DNA of 63,958 nt, filler included, from Licmophora abbreviata (Eukaryota): assembly GCA_900291995.1 (NCBI GenBank). It is 16 parts of 16 records of this genome, joined end to end, with 100 filler letters (N's around TTAATTAATTAA, not from the genome) between each part and the next. Parts side by side here need not be neighbours in the genome. Positions count along the whole stretch, not along the records: positions 5,364 to 11,961 come from OLMU01000411.1; positions 12,062 to 22,411 come from OLMU01000412.1; positions 22,512 to 23,778 come from OLMU01000413.1; 13 more parts are not named here. One strand, written 5' to 3'. Positions 11,857 through 23,878 of the stretch are shown one piece after another; the stretch's first letter is position 1; each line of letters starts with the position of its first letter. A program made the translations under genes and the position numbers. The notes below the pieces were generated by a model, which saw only the letters and a list, made by a program, of their open reading frames with translations, ran no database searches and was not told the origin of the DNA.

Positions 11857-12896
11857 GAGGCTTCAGATGCAGACGTGATATTTTTAGCGATGGATGAACG
11901 TCACCACGTTATCAAGCGGGTCGCAAGATGATGATACGACTGCCGTTCTGGTTGTGTCAAANNNNNNNNNNNNNNNNNNNNNNNNNNNNNNNNNNNNNNN
12001 NNNNNTTAATTAATTAANNNNNNNNNNNNNNNNNNNNNNNNNNNNNNNNNNNNNNNNNNNNGTCGCAAGATGATGATACGACTGCCGTTCTGGTTGTGTC
12101 AAATGGGTATCCACGAGATCGACACACAGGCCGGTTCAACAAGGATTTCAAAGGCGCTAGACGTTCCTCAGCGGTGACGGCAGATCGCCAGGCGTTGAAA
12201 TGTGAACAGCGGTGGCGATTGCTTTATTGTGAAGGCCGTGAACCACAGAACTGGAGAGAACGCGACAACACGCGGTGTGATTTCTTTTGGCGGGGAATTG
12301 GATACCTTTTTCTACGCACTCGTTGGTATGTTTTCGCGTAGACCACAATACAATCAGTGAGATTGCGTACGACGTACATACGAGCTAGACTCGCACAACG
12401 GCTCTAGCCTACCAGGGGAGTATGAATTTCGCACCGCCTCCCATGCAGGCGCAAAGAGCAATCACGTACACTTTTAAGCCACTGTGACAGTGACTGGTGT
12501 TTACTTTCAGCACGTCTCACGAATAGAAGGGAGTGAAATTTGGCAGTTACCGCATGTAAGAAGTTCTTCAATAACTTGAAGAAATTGCAAGCCTACGCCG
12601 ATGAATACAGACCATCTCGAACGCTTGGTGTGAATAGCGACGGATGTCGGGATCTTGGCACCTCCTTTCAATTGCAGCACCTACTGTGGCGTGCGATTTT
12701 GGATAGCAAGGTACGAGGAGTAGCTGCAAGTCTGCGCTCTAGAAGCGACTTCTTAGTAATGCAGAAAAATATAAATAGCAACGTGCACCACACAATGGCA
12801 TTATGCAGGAGAGTGTTAGCGAGACGTGCTGTATCATCTTTCCCGGTACCAGTCCAAATCAACTCGCTGTCGCATCGATGCGCACTGGTGCATTCT

Positions 12897-13103
12897 TCAC
12901 TCGAAAATATTGATGATGTCGATCCAACTGCTCGGGCGGGGCTCCGTAAGCATACCAATCAACACAACTGTTGGGGCGAAACCATAGTACAAGAATAGGC
13001 GGCTTTTTTGGAATAGAAAAGAGATATCCAAAAGATGAAGAACATTTGAAGACATAGTCGACAAGGCGCCCGATGATCCTTTGCGTCTTCTTGGCACTGG
13101 CAT
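12897..13103 (-). CDS. TOM7: Mitochondrial outer-membrane translocase subunit Tom7
   Basis: 68 aa; single TM LYYGFAPTVVLIGM followed by TEPRPSSW matches the Tom7 pattern HYGFIPxVxxxGMxxEPxPS. Confidence 0.8.
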   Translation of the reverse strand: MPVPRRRKGSSGALSTMSSNVLHLLDISFLFQKSRLFLYYGFAPTVVLIGMLTEPRPSSWIDIINIFE

Positions 13104-13780
13104 GGCGAGGAAGTCTAGAGGGAGCGGGAAGAAAGGGGTGAGTACGATGGTTCCTCTCTCGATGTTTCAAGTCAAAAACTGGACTTCAGGCGGGCGACCG
13201 TGCACGCTGACAACAACCAGAGGCTTCAAACAAGCATCCATCATCCAGCTTTCGACCAGTCACGCACTCGACTGTTTTGGTCCGCGCCAAATTTGAAACT
13301 CCGGCTTTTCTTTCTTTCAGGTTTCTATTTCATGGGGTCGCTAAGACTGCTCCATCAATTACCACGCTGCGAGGCATCAATCCAATCATACCTCTTAGTT
13401 CTAGTCCGCGATTCGTTCCTTCCCTGCGACGAGAGAAGAAGTGAGAAGTTTGCAGCTAAAGACGACACAAAGCAACGACGAGAGAGCGGCCACAGAATCG
13501 ACAAAAGGTTATGAGCGCATATTGAGAGTTCTTCTCTCTCAAGACCAACAAACCCAAACCACGAGAGGCAAGGCGAAGGCTGCTTGTGATTCAATGCTCG
13601 ATCCTCTGTATACTCCAGAACATTCTCGGGGTAGATAGACAACATATATGCATAGCAAGGTACTATCCATCGGCTCCTAACTCTTTACACAAGTCAAAGT
13701 AGTTGACCCATCTAGCTACAACAATCCGTCTCTCCGAAGGAATAAAACGTCGGCTTTGAATTCTCCAACCACGCCAGATC

Positions 13781-14206
13781 TTACTCTTCAGTTTCAGTAG
13801 TCGAGTACCGAATCCATGCGTTGGTTCCGACAATCGGCGGTTGCCCTCTCGAAAATCGGATCATGTTAATGTCCTCTACCAACTTGCGCTCCAAGTTCAC
13901 GTAGGCATTTCCAGCCCAGCATCCCACGAAAAAGAATGCCACATGCAAGTAGGGCTCTGCAGGTCAGAGAAGTACCGAATAATAAACGAGTAGTAATTTG
14001 CGTGAGTTACATTGTTAGGACACGCCGGATGGCATGAATCACACTCTCGGACTGCCGGACAGACAGAATGGTGCCTCAGCATGATCTTTACTCCTTGCTG
14101 ATGCGCAGCACTTACCTCTTGAAAGCGGTATTTTTCGGGTCGCATTGGATATCATTTGAATTCCAACACCCGAGACACCTCCAATAATGGCAGCGCCGAA
14201 TCCCAT
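13781..14206 (-). CDS. NDUFC2: Complex I accessory subunit NDUFC2/B14.5b-like (88 aa); exons 14206-14116 and 13956-13781
   Basis: Spliced product (G|gtaag ... gcag|AG): MGFGAAIIGGVSGVGIQMISNATRKIPLSREPYLHVAFFFVGCWAGNAYVNLERKLVEDINMIR..., resembling plant B14.5b (GxGxQMxSNAxRKxP..PWxH). Confidence 0.75.
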
Positions 14207-14484
14207 GGTACAACAATAACAACAGCGATCGAGAGAAAGATGCAACGGCGTCGTCGTCGATTGTGTGTTGTGTGTGTGTGCCTTTTGTTCAACATCGTTG
14301 CACAGACACGTGAAACGTCGGGTTCTGAAAATGTCAATTCAATCAGTCAAAGCAAACACAAACACACAGATGACGCCGGCGCGCCATAAAAACTGCCGCC
14401 GACACAATGATGGCGTAGTCGTCGTGTAAGCATCACGCACAAGAGAACGGTCGGCGTTGACAGCAAGAAGCGAGAGATTCCATC

Positions 14485-16779
14485 ATGCCAACACTCTTAA
14501 ACGTGCCCGTCGAAGGAGATAGTATCGAAGAAACGACGATGAACGAGGATGCCGTTGTGGGCGGCACAGACGATGATGACACCAACGACGCGACGACCTT
14601 GGACATCACCGACCTAGAGGGGCGTGTGATGATGCCAGCATCGGAGGTGGAGGGTGGCCCGCTACTGGACAATTCAACATTGATGGATGTCTCTGATGCA
14701 TTTCTCGGAGTCTTTGGCGACGACGGTTTTGGGTCTCGTTCCGTCCTTGCAGATCCGAAAGGAGAGCTCGACAGTGCATCCCTTGGCACAAGGAACGCTG
14801 GGCCACAGGAAGAGCGCTACAAGCGTCAACACGAAAGTTACGTCCTGAACGTTGTTTCCGACTTCCAACAGCGCCATCCCGGAAAACTACGTGACTACTG
14901 TGTCATGTCTGAGAACGACAAGAAGAGAGAACAAGACCGCGTTTCCGGGCTGCTATCTCGTCTAGGCATTTCCGATGCTCGTCCGACCCTTTTGCGCTGT
15001 CAAGCACCTCAAGCGGAACGTCCTGGGCCCGTCGGTCTCATCAATTCTTCTTCGGATAGTTCCAAGACACGACTCGAGTCGGATGTGTCGAGTAGCTCGG
15101 TGGATTTTCCTGTCGACGTTGAGGAGCCTTCCCCTCCGCCAACGGCCACGATCAACAGTAGATCATCGGAAGTACTGCTGTCGCCCGAGACTGAAGTCGA
15201 TCGGTTGGCCTCTCGAGTTAGTAGATCCATGGCATTATTGTCTCCACAGGAGAATGGCTCTGACGAATCTTCGGTGGAACTTGCAAGACGAGATCGGAGA
15301 CTGTCATCGCCAGCGGCTGCCTACGAGTCGCCTCCCCGTGCATCGGCCCATTCCAAGCGTGTCGCCACGACCAGTGGCAAGAAGGGCACAGATGCATCTA
15401 GATTACGAGTTGACGATGACAGCTTTGTTTCCTTCGATACCGCTGAGACGCGTGCATCGGAAATGATAACATCGCCGTCGCATCTCTTGGCAGCTTCGCC
15501 TGTCGACACGCTGTTCCCTGCTTCCCAGTCGCCGATCCGAGAACACGACACGAGTTGGGAGCTGAGCAGTCCAGAGAGTCAGACGAAGCATCGTGTCCGA
15601 CATGACACCGTTGAAGATCGGTCAGTAATGAATGATACGATCCAGACGGTCGATTGCACTGTCAATTACCGTAACCGGGTAGGCCGTCGCGACGATTCGT
15701 ACCTTCGGGAATTGCCGGTCAACGTGCAGCTCCGGGATGGGGCCGCATTTCGCATGAAGCCGCTGAGTATGCATCGCTCTGCACCGCCTGATACGCGGCG
15801 GAAAGGCCAACTCGGCCGTCGTAGGGGCTCATCGCAGACGTCTTTCCCAGATCCTCTTGCTCAGTATCAGGGGAGATTGGGAGAGAGGATGCACGCTGTC
15901 TACGATTGGATCGACGAACGAGATGAACTTTCCACCGAGGGAGATACTATGGGAGGTATTGTGTTCTCCTTGAATGCAGCGCAGATTGCGAGCGTGGCGT
16001 TGCGGCTCCTCTTGCTCCAACCTTCCAATCATAACGACGTCGACGCATCCCAGGAGCATGCATTGATGGGCGGCACACTCATTGTCGCTCGCTGCAAGGG
16101 CGATCTGGAAAGCTGGCAGAGTGCTCTCCGCGAAGGGACGTCGTATTCTGTCCTAAACCATGCCACCATGACTCTGTCCGAACGCAAACGGACATCGACT
16201 GCCAGTACTTGCTGTGGGTATGATGTTGTGGTCACTACTTTTGACGCCCTGAAATCCAAGGACGTTGCCTTACCATTGGATGAGGACGGACACGTCGTCA
16301 TCGAAAAGGTTGGAGTACAAGATGGTTGGTACGCCTCTCGTTCGAGCGGAAACGATGCTCCCCAGCATTGCGAGGAACTAAGTGTGTTGCATCAAGTTCT
16401 CTGGAGAAGAGTCTTGTTTATTGACGTATTGGGCAGAAAGTGTTTTTTGGCAAAGCTCGGAACGGCCCGTGCGGTCGCAGCAGCAGCGTTGAATAGCAAC
16501 TCTAGGTAAGGAGGCGAGTGCACGTTGACATTGCTTTGGTTTCCGTATTGCTCACCCACAACCACGAACAATCTCCCATGGCTGCGTAGGTTCGTTTTCT
16601 TTTCACACGAAGACACTGGATGCAACGAAAATCCCGTCAAAGTTCTCAAGAAGAGCGATCGTACAGCGTTTCGCGCTGTGGGTGCCGTGCTCCATCTCCC
16701 TGCAGACGACGCCGAGGAGCGTGTCTCAACAGACGCCAAGATTGACTTGCGGCGCGGTGTTCGCGGCTCCTCGAAGTGA
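14485..16779 (+). CDS. Largely disordered protein with a degenerate SNF2/Rad5-type ATPase N-lobe; intron 16506-16589
   Basis: GGTLIVA..LESWQSAL, YDVVVTTFDALK, VLHQVLWRRVLFID, TARAVAAAALNSNSR|F resemble SNF2 motif Ia to III regions; no Walker A or DExH seen. Confidence 0.6.
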
Positions 16780-16908
16780 CGATTGTCATACCGCATGACA
16801 ACACCTTGCGCCTCCTTCATACGCATATCATGGTTCCGGACGATGACGACCAACAAAAATCTATTCCTAATACACAACTAGAATGCATGTGATCTAATTG
16901 AAGTTACT

Positions 16909-19101
16909 TTAGGCAGCCGGAGCCGCCTCAGGCACAGAAAGTTCCAATGCATAAAGCTGACCGGACACCGTGAGACTGGTGGGGTTCAATCCAGCACGTC
17001 GAAATATTCTGGCAGCTTCGTTGAACGCTTCCATCATGGGGATTACATCGTTTCTAGCGAGATGGATATTTCCAATCTCGTTCAGAGTGCGGGCAACAGT
17101 CGCTGGATCTTCCTTGCCCATTGTTTGTCTTTCAATGCGCAACGCGTTTTGAAAGTTGTCGAGGGCAGCCTTGAGGGCGCCGTGTGCTTTGCAGGCTTCT
17201 CCCAGCTTATAGTATGTCATAGATACATCACGATGGTCGTCACCAAGTACAAGTTGCTCCACACGTAGAGTTTCGGTGTAACACTCAATGGCATCCTTGT
17301 AGCAGCCTTGCATTTGATGACACAGTCCGAGGTTGTAGAGTGTGAAGGCCACGTCCCTGTGATTTTCTCCGAGCTGTTCTTTTCGAATGGAAAGAGATTC
17401 CTTGAAGCACTGCATTGCTGTCGATACCATATTCTTTCGATACAAGATAGTGCCGAGGTAGGTTAGCGTCGCAGAAACATCCAGATGCTTCTCGCCGAGC
17501 GTGCTACGCCTCAGAAGGAGCGCTTCTTGAAGGTACTTCATCGCTTGCGTAATTTCACCTTTTTGATCGTAGATCAACCCGATTGCATTCAAAGTGCTAG
17601 CGACATCTGCATGGGTCTCGCCGTATCTACATTTCTGAAGAGCAAGGGCTTTCTCGTAGAGACGGATGGCAAGGCCGAGCTGGTTTCGCTGTCGGTAAAT
17701 CTCGGCAATGTTGCTCAGCGTCACGACAACATTAGGATGCCCAGCCTCTAAAACTTGTTCTTCAATACGAAGCCCGTTCTCGTAGCAACGGAGAGCCTCG
17801 TCCAGGTTATCTCGTTCAAAATGAAAGTTCCCAATCCGATTGAGTAGCATAGCTACCTCAGAATGGTATTCTCCTAGAGCAGCCTTGCCGACGTCCAGTG
17901 ACTCTTGATACAAGACGAGTGCCTTGTCGTAGTCCTTTCGTTCTTGATGAATCTGAGCGATCCCACTCAACACGACGGCGATGTCTCGGTGATTCTTGGG
18001 GAACCGACGTCGTGCGACGCGCAAAAACTCTTCGTACAATTCCAACGCGCGTACGAATTCGCCTTGTTGATGCAGACTCTGGCCGGCATTGAAAGCGCAC
18101 GCGGCATAGTCAATGTGATCGCGCCCTAGGCGGCCGCGACGAATCTCAAGCGCATTTTCGTAGTAGGAAAGCGCACTTTGAAACTCGTCTCTCTGTACGT
18201 GCACTCGACCGAGATTGTTGAGAGTGGTGGCGACGGCCTCGTGATCCGGCCCCAAGGCCTTGCGGAGAATGTGTAGGGCTTGTTGAAAGAAAGAGAGGGC
18301 GCGCTCCGAGTCTTCTGCTGACTTGTGATAGTGAAGGACACCGAGGCAATTGAGCGTGGTGCCAACATAGACATGCTGGGTACCGTACAGCTGCTGGCAA
18401 TGGATTAATGCCTGATGGATATGCTCAATCGCGGTTTCAAAGGATCCCAGTCGGTAAAACATCTGACCAATGTTGTGCAAAATAGGAATGACCATACTAT
18501 GCACGTGATGAGGACTTTGCATATCAACAGGGAGAATGGCTCGAAGAGCTTCTTCGTAACAGTGCGAAGCGCCATCAAAATCTTCCATACGTCGTCTCGC
18601 CTGTCCCGAATTGAATAGAACAATCGCAGTCAACGCTTGAGGCGACTCGTTCTCCTGAATCGGCTCAGCCTCGGAAAAGACGTGCATTCCCTCATCAAAG
18701 TCCATGCGCTGATAAATATAACTGGACGGAGACGGACGGTTGGTGACGAACAACGACGTGTTCTGCGTGCGTCCGCAATCTCCCTCGAAGTTTCCAATCG
18801 AGCAAACGGAGTCTCGCTTGTGCAAACAGTCCTCGGCCTGGTGCAAGAGCGTGGAGGCCTTCTGAAAGTTCCCATCCACGTAACATGAGACCGCCTGATT
18901 ATTAAGTTCGACAATCCTTTTAACGACGGAATCTGCATCATTCTGGTGTCCTCCAAAAACCGAAAGGAGCCGTCGTTTGGTCGGATTCGCTACTTTGATA
19001 TAGGCTCGTCCAATTCCCGCCAGTTCGGCCTTGGACGACCTCCTTCGAAACGAGGAGCTCGCTGCGTTGTTGTTCTGCGGTGGCTGGTTGCACGTTCCCA
19101 T
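16909..19101 (-). CDS. TPR protein with kinesin-light-chain/nephrocystin-3-type 42-aa repeats
   Basis: About 12 repeats of LGxxHxxVAxTLNNLGxVxxxxGxxxxALxxYxxALxI. Confidence 0.92.
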   Translation of the reverse strand: MGTCNQPPQNNNAASSSFRRRSSKAELAGIGRAYIKVANPTKRRLLSVFGGHQNDADSVVKRIVELNNQAVSCYVDGNFQKASTLLHQAEDCLHKRDSVCSIGNFEGDCGRTQNTSLFVTNRPSPSSYIYQRMDFDEGMHVFSEAEPIQENESPQALTAIVLFNSGQARRRMEDFDGASHCYEEALRAILPVDMQSPHHVHSMVIPILHNIGQMFYRLGSFETAIEHIHQALIHCQQLYGTQHVYVGTTLNCLGVLHYHKSAEDSERALSFFQQALHILRKALGPDHEAVATTLNNLGRVHVQRDEFQSALSYYENALEIRRGRLGRDHIDYAACAFNAGQSLHQQGEFVRALELYEEFLRVARRRFPKNHRDIAVVLSGIAQIHQERKDYDKALVLYQESLDVGKAALGEYHSEVAMLLNRIGNFHFERDNLDEALRCYENGLRIEEQVLEAGHPNVVVTLSNIAEIYRQRNQLGLAIRLYEKALALQKCRYGETHADVASTLNAIGLIYDQKGEITQAMKYLQEALLLRRSTLGEKHLDVSATLTYLGTILYRKNMVSTAMQCFKESLSIRKEQLGENHRDVAFTLYNLGLCHQMQGCYKDAIECYTETLRVEQLVLGDDHRDVSMTYYKLGEACKAHGALKAALDNFQNALRIERQTMGKEDPATVARTLNEIGNIHLARNDVIPMMEAFNEAARIFRRAGLNPTSLTVSGQLYALELSVPEAAPAA

Positions 19102-19613
19102 GATTGGACTACTGTGAGAGGACTACAAGAGTGCGATGAGGCCAAAGGGCGTTGGTGTGTGCATGTTCAATGTGAGGAACACATCCAATGTGGACCATGC
19201 CATCTTGACGGGGCAAGGATGAGAAGGCGTAGAACTGTTCTTCGCATCAGGCATCCTCATCCCATCCTCGTGTGTGCGAGCAGAACGCGCGACCACAGGA
19301 CGATTAGAACTTTTCCGGTCACGAGTTGATGAGTCAAGAGTCATGTCCGAGGCAGCCCATCCACATGACGTTTTGTATTTAAAATAAAGTACACTTCTAA
19401 TAATGAGATCTGTTGTTCTTTCAGCTTCTCTGATGATGACTCCAGTCAAAAGCGAGAACCTATTGCGCGCGGGCCAGTCCTCTGTTACGCGCGAACAATC
19501 CAAGCATCCGAAAATGAACCGAAAGATCCGTTCAGATCATGACGACGAGCGCTGACCATGTCGCTCGTGTCATATCTCAGAATTCAGAAAAGAACTTACG
19601 GCACCAGTGATCC

Positions 19614-22600
19614 ATGGCGATACTTGCGTCCTCTCTGTTATTGGATGCTTCAGGGAGGACTCAACAAACGAAAAAGTGCCGTCGATTGAGAGAGTTCGCA
19701 AAATATGTGTGTCTGGTCGTCGTGGCGTGGTCGCCGGTCGCGACCATAGAGGCTTCGAAGAATGGGGACACGGATGGATCGTGGCAGACCATTTTCCCCG
19801 ACTCGGGCCTAACGATTCCATTGTCGGGTCCAGAGGGTACGGAATGGAGCCTGTACAGCCAGGATGGACTCTACAAGAAGGTTCCTGCCCATATCCCAGG
19901 CGACATTCTGAGCGACTTGATGAGTGCCGGACTAATTGATGATCCATACATTTCAAGAAACTTCCTGACACAACGGCGAATTTGGATGGGCCCCGTACTC
20001 AACCCAGACAATGGAACTGAACCGTACCTAGAACAACGAAGTCGCACGTGGGTCTACACTACGAACTTTGTCCTGGACGACTGCAGTTGCGATGATGCTA
20101 GCCATACATTGGTCCTCGAGGGGATCAAAATGGGGGCATCTGTGTCCATCAATGGCGTTTTCCTTGCGAACGTGACAGATCAGTTCTTGCGTTATGAGTT
20201 TGCACTAGATCGCGACATTTTCGAGCGTGGGTCGAACGCTCGATCTTCTACTGTAATGGATCGTCGCACGTCGTTGATGAGTCGTTGGCACCTGCGAACA
20301 GATTTTGACGAACCCTTTTGCGAGAGAGTTCACGAGCTTTCAGTCAAATTTGATCCCACAATTTCAACCAAAGGTAGATTTATGGGGGCCTCTGGCGGTT
20401 GGGACTGGGCTCCGTATTCGAGGGCAGGCGATGTGAGAGGATCCCGAGTCTTTACTTTTGGCATACCAGGGCCAGTGTACATTGTTCAAGAGAGTGCCTT
20501 TCGCATTACACACATTGTCCCAAAAGTGACCTATTTGGGTCCCTACGCTAGGTGAGAAATCTTTAACTTTTTTTTGAATATTCGATCGGGTTGCATTCGT
20601 TTCCTCACAACCCCTATGGTTTCAGAACTCCGCTACGAGATGGTCCGGAAGGAGATTTTCTCGTCCTCATAGACGTTCACGTAAGCTCCAGAGCTGGGAC
20701 GAGCAACACAGCTGAAGCGGGGTTTATCGCCGCAAGATTTGAATTTTCTGGGACAGTGATCAACTCTCCTATTCCGGAGATTCCTGCGGGGGGCAGTGCG
20801 GTGGTGACACTAACAGTGACAGCGTCTAGGAACGCCGTTGAGCTCTGGTGGCCAAACGGGATGGGTAACCAGCCGCTGTACGGCCTTGAAATCACTTACC
20901 AAGAAAGACAAGGCGTTCAGCCAGCCATAGGGGTTCGTAGAAGGATCGGTAAGAGAAATGTCGCAATGTTCCATTCAATACCGACCTGGACCCCTTACAC
21001 TGACGACACGACCTTTCTGCTTGCTCTCGCTATCGCAAAGGATTTCGAACTGTTGCACTTGTAACTGCAAACGACACTGATGATTCGGTCTTTCATGATA
21101 TGATAGCTAATGATACCGAAGGCTCTGGTGATCATGGCATGTATTTTCGAGTCAACGGCGCAGTCGTTTTCAGTCGGGGCGCTAACGTAATACCCATGGA
21201 TCAGCTTGAAGGTCGCCTCTGTGAAGATTCACATCGGACAATGGTGGAGTCCGCCGCCGAGTCAAATATGAATATGCTACGAGTCTGGGGTGGCGGCATG
21301 GTGCTGCCTTCAGAGTTCTACGATGCATGTGATGAAATGGGTATCCTCCTTTATCACGACTTGATGTTCGTCGAAGAGCAGCGTCATGGTGCTTTCCAAA
21401 GCGCAGAAGTTGAGCAAGAAATCCGCCATTTTATTCGAACGTTGTCGTCTCATCCGAGCATCGTCTTATGGAGCGGTTGTAATGAATGTTACGTGGACAT
21501 GAATTCGAAGTCTGCTGTATATGCAACCTTTGTTTTGCAAACGGTCGTGCAGGAGGACGCCACCCGAAGCATCTGGCCCAGCTGTCCGTCTGCAACTGGT
21601 TGGCAAAGTGGTGTACACATGCTCAACGGGCGCCCAAACGGCAAACCTCTGTCGACGTATCCTGCTTCAGTAACCAGACGCGTCCTTGAAAAACATGGAC
21701 CCTACCAGCACGGATCTTCTCCGACGTATCCAGGCATCAATGGACAGTTCGACGAAAGGTATGTGTTTGATTGTTATTGTCTTGTCCTACTTTTTGCTTC
21801 CTCATTTCGTGTCGTCACGCACAATGTTCACTCTCGTAGACCGTTTGATACAAAAGTCCCTCCTTTTCTGGAGAAGTCGCTCATAGGTCCTATGCACCAG
21901 AACACGTTCATTTCAGAATTCGGCATCTCAACAACGTCGTCAGTCGAATCAATGTCATCAAAACTCTTGGAGAATGAATGGGGCCTTCATGGTGGGTCGC
22001 CGCCCGATGGTTGCCACCAGATAGTTGGCAACGACAATACGTGCCTTGGTATGAATACCATGGCGGAACGCAACTATCCATGCGACAATCACATTGAGAC
22101 GTACTTTGGCACACAGGATTTAGAAAGCGTCGGAAGTAGTGCTTTTGCATCCCAATTGTATCTATGCATGCTGGCGCAAGCACTCTGGCTGAAGGGCCAG
22201 ATCGAAGTGTTCCGATCCCAAAACGTTTTTGGGGCGCTGGTGCGTATTTCTGGATCCATTTTCTGAATCATATGCTGTCTCGTGAGAGGTCACGTCTAAT
22301 CATTGTCAATGCTCGACGTCTGGCACTATAGGTGTGGCAACTAAATGAGAATTGGCCTACAGGCGGGTGGGGTCTGCTTGAATATAGCGACGAAGGATTT
22401 GGAAGGTGGAANNNNNNNNNNNNNNNNNNNNNNNNNNNNNNNNNNNNNNNNNNNNTTAATTAATTAANNNNNNNNNNNNNNNNNNNNNNNNNNNNNNNNN
22501 NNNNNNNNNNNAGGCTTTGGAAGGTGGAAGCCGATACTATATTGGCTGAAAGATATGCTTTTTCAGGATGTAGTGGCTGCCTGCGGAAGGAGCGGCGTAT

Positions 22601-23301
22601 GTTTTTGTCGAAACGACGGATGGAAAACTCTCAGTGGGCAGATTCTGGTCCACCGGTTGAACCTCACATCGGGAGCATCGTCGAGGGTCCTTTCTAAAGA
22701 AGTATACCTTACGTCGGGACAAATAGGCGCGTGTCAGAATGAGTGTTATCCGACAATCTTAATAGCGCTGTCCGACCTAACACATGTTCTTTCGTTCCTC
22801 ATGCAGATCGATTTCAGGTAGACGTCCCACGGGACCCAAACGTGATCGATCTACTTTCGCTACTGGATGAGCATGAATTGCCTGTCATTGAAGACAATGT
22901 AATTCTGTGGAACGTCCCTAAGTTCATGAAATCTGCCGATATTAAAGCTCGCGTTAGCGTCGTGTCCGTGGATGACGATGGATCCGGCAGAGGCGCTTTG
23001 GTTGTGGTCCGGAGCGATCGCATCGCCTTGTTTGTCGTCTTGACAACTGTCGTCCCTGGAAAATTCGAAGAAAATGGTTTCATAATGCAACCGAGCATGC
23101 AGAAGGTGAGCATCGACGGGGATGCTTAGGCATTCAGGCGACAAGTTGAAAGTGGCCTGCCTTGCTTCGTACTCACCACTCGTGGTTGGCTCTCGCGCCC
23201 GAAAGACGATCAGATTTGTATCGCCGAAAGACACGATAGACTTGCTGCTTCTTCAGAAAAGTCTGCATATCGAACATTTTGGAAAGTACATTAGTAGATA
23301 G
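19614..23301 (+). CDS. GH2 beta-mannosidase (multi-exon, crosses the gap at 22412)
   Basis: GGWDWAP, WWPNGMGNQPLY, FRVNGAVVFSRGAN, NMLRVWGGG, HPSIVLWSGCNE (acid/base), FISEFG (nucleophile), WQLNENWP; GT-AG introns link the ORFs; last exon ends at TAG 23301. Confidence 0.9.
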
Positions 23302-23878
23302 GTTCACAGAGCGTATAATAGTCGTGAAAAGGAATGTGACTATTTATTGCCTTGCGCGAATGGGCGTTCAAAAAGTCTTGTCGATCTCTAAGACCCAACG
23401 TCTTGGGTATGACAGCGCCAAACCTCTGTGTTTCAACACTCCGAACGCTAAGAAAGGGGATATCTGATATCTTTTTGTATCGCGTCTGGAAGCTGGATCT
23501 CGACGTATTGTGTTCTTCAAGGTGTTACAGAAGGGAGTCGAGTCGACGGCACACCAGAATGCCTGTTGCCTTTTGTTCCTGCAGCCCAAGACTCCAAGTC
23601 CAGATTAAATTTAACAATGACGAACCTACGTCGTCCATCCTGGACTAGAAAAGTCGTCCAGGACGAGATTAAAATTAAGGCGTTAAACGCCTTCCCGGTG
23701 AGTCCTCATCGGTCAAAACGAAAGACAATGTGTTGAACCGAGTTTGATTTTATATCCCAGCTTTCTTGTCTCTGTTGCNNNNNNNNNNNNNNNNNNNNNN
23801 NNNNNNNNNNNNNNNNNNNNNNTTAATTAATTAANNNNNNNNNNNNNNNNNNNNNNNNNNNNNNNNNNNNNNNNNNNN

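Noticed and set aside
23638..23663. Short inverted repeat TCCTGGAC...GTCCAGGA
   Set aside because: An 8-bp stem can arise by chance; no target-site duplication or second copy seen.
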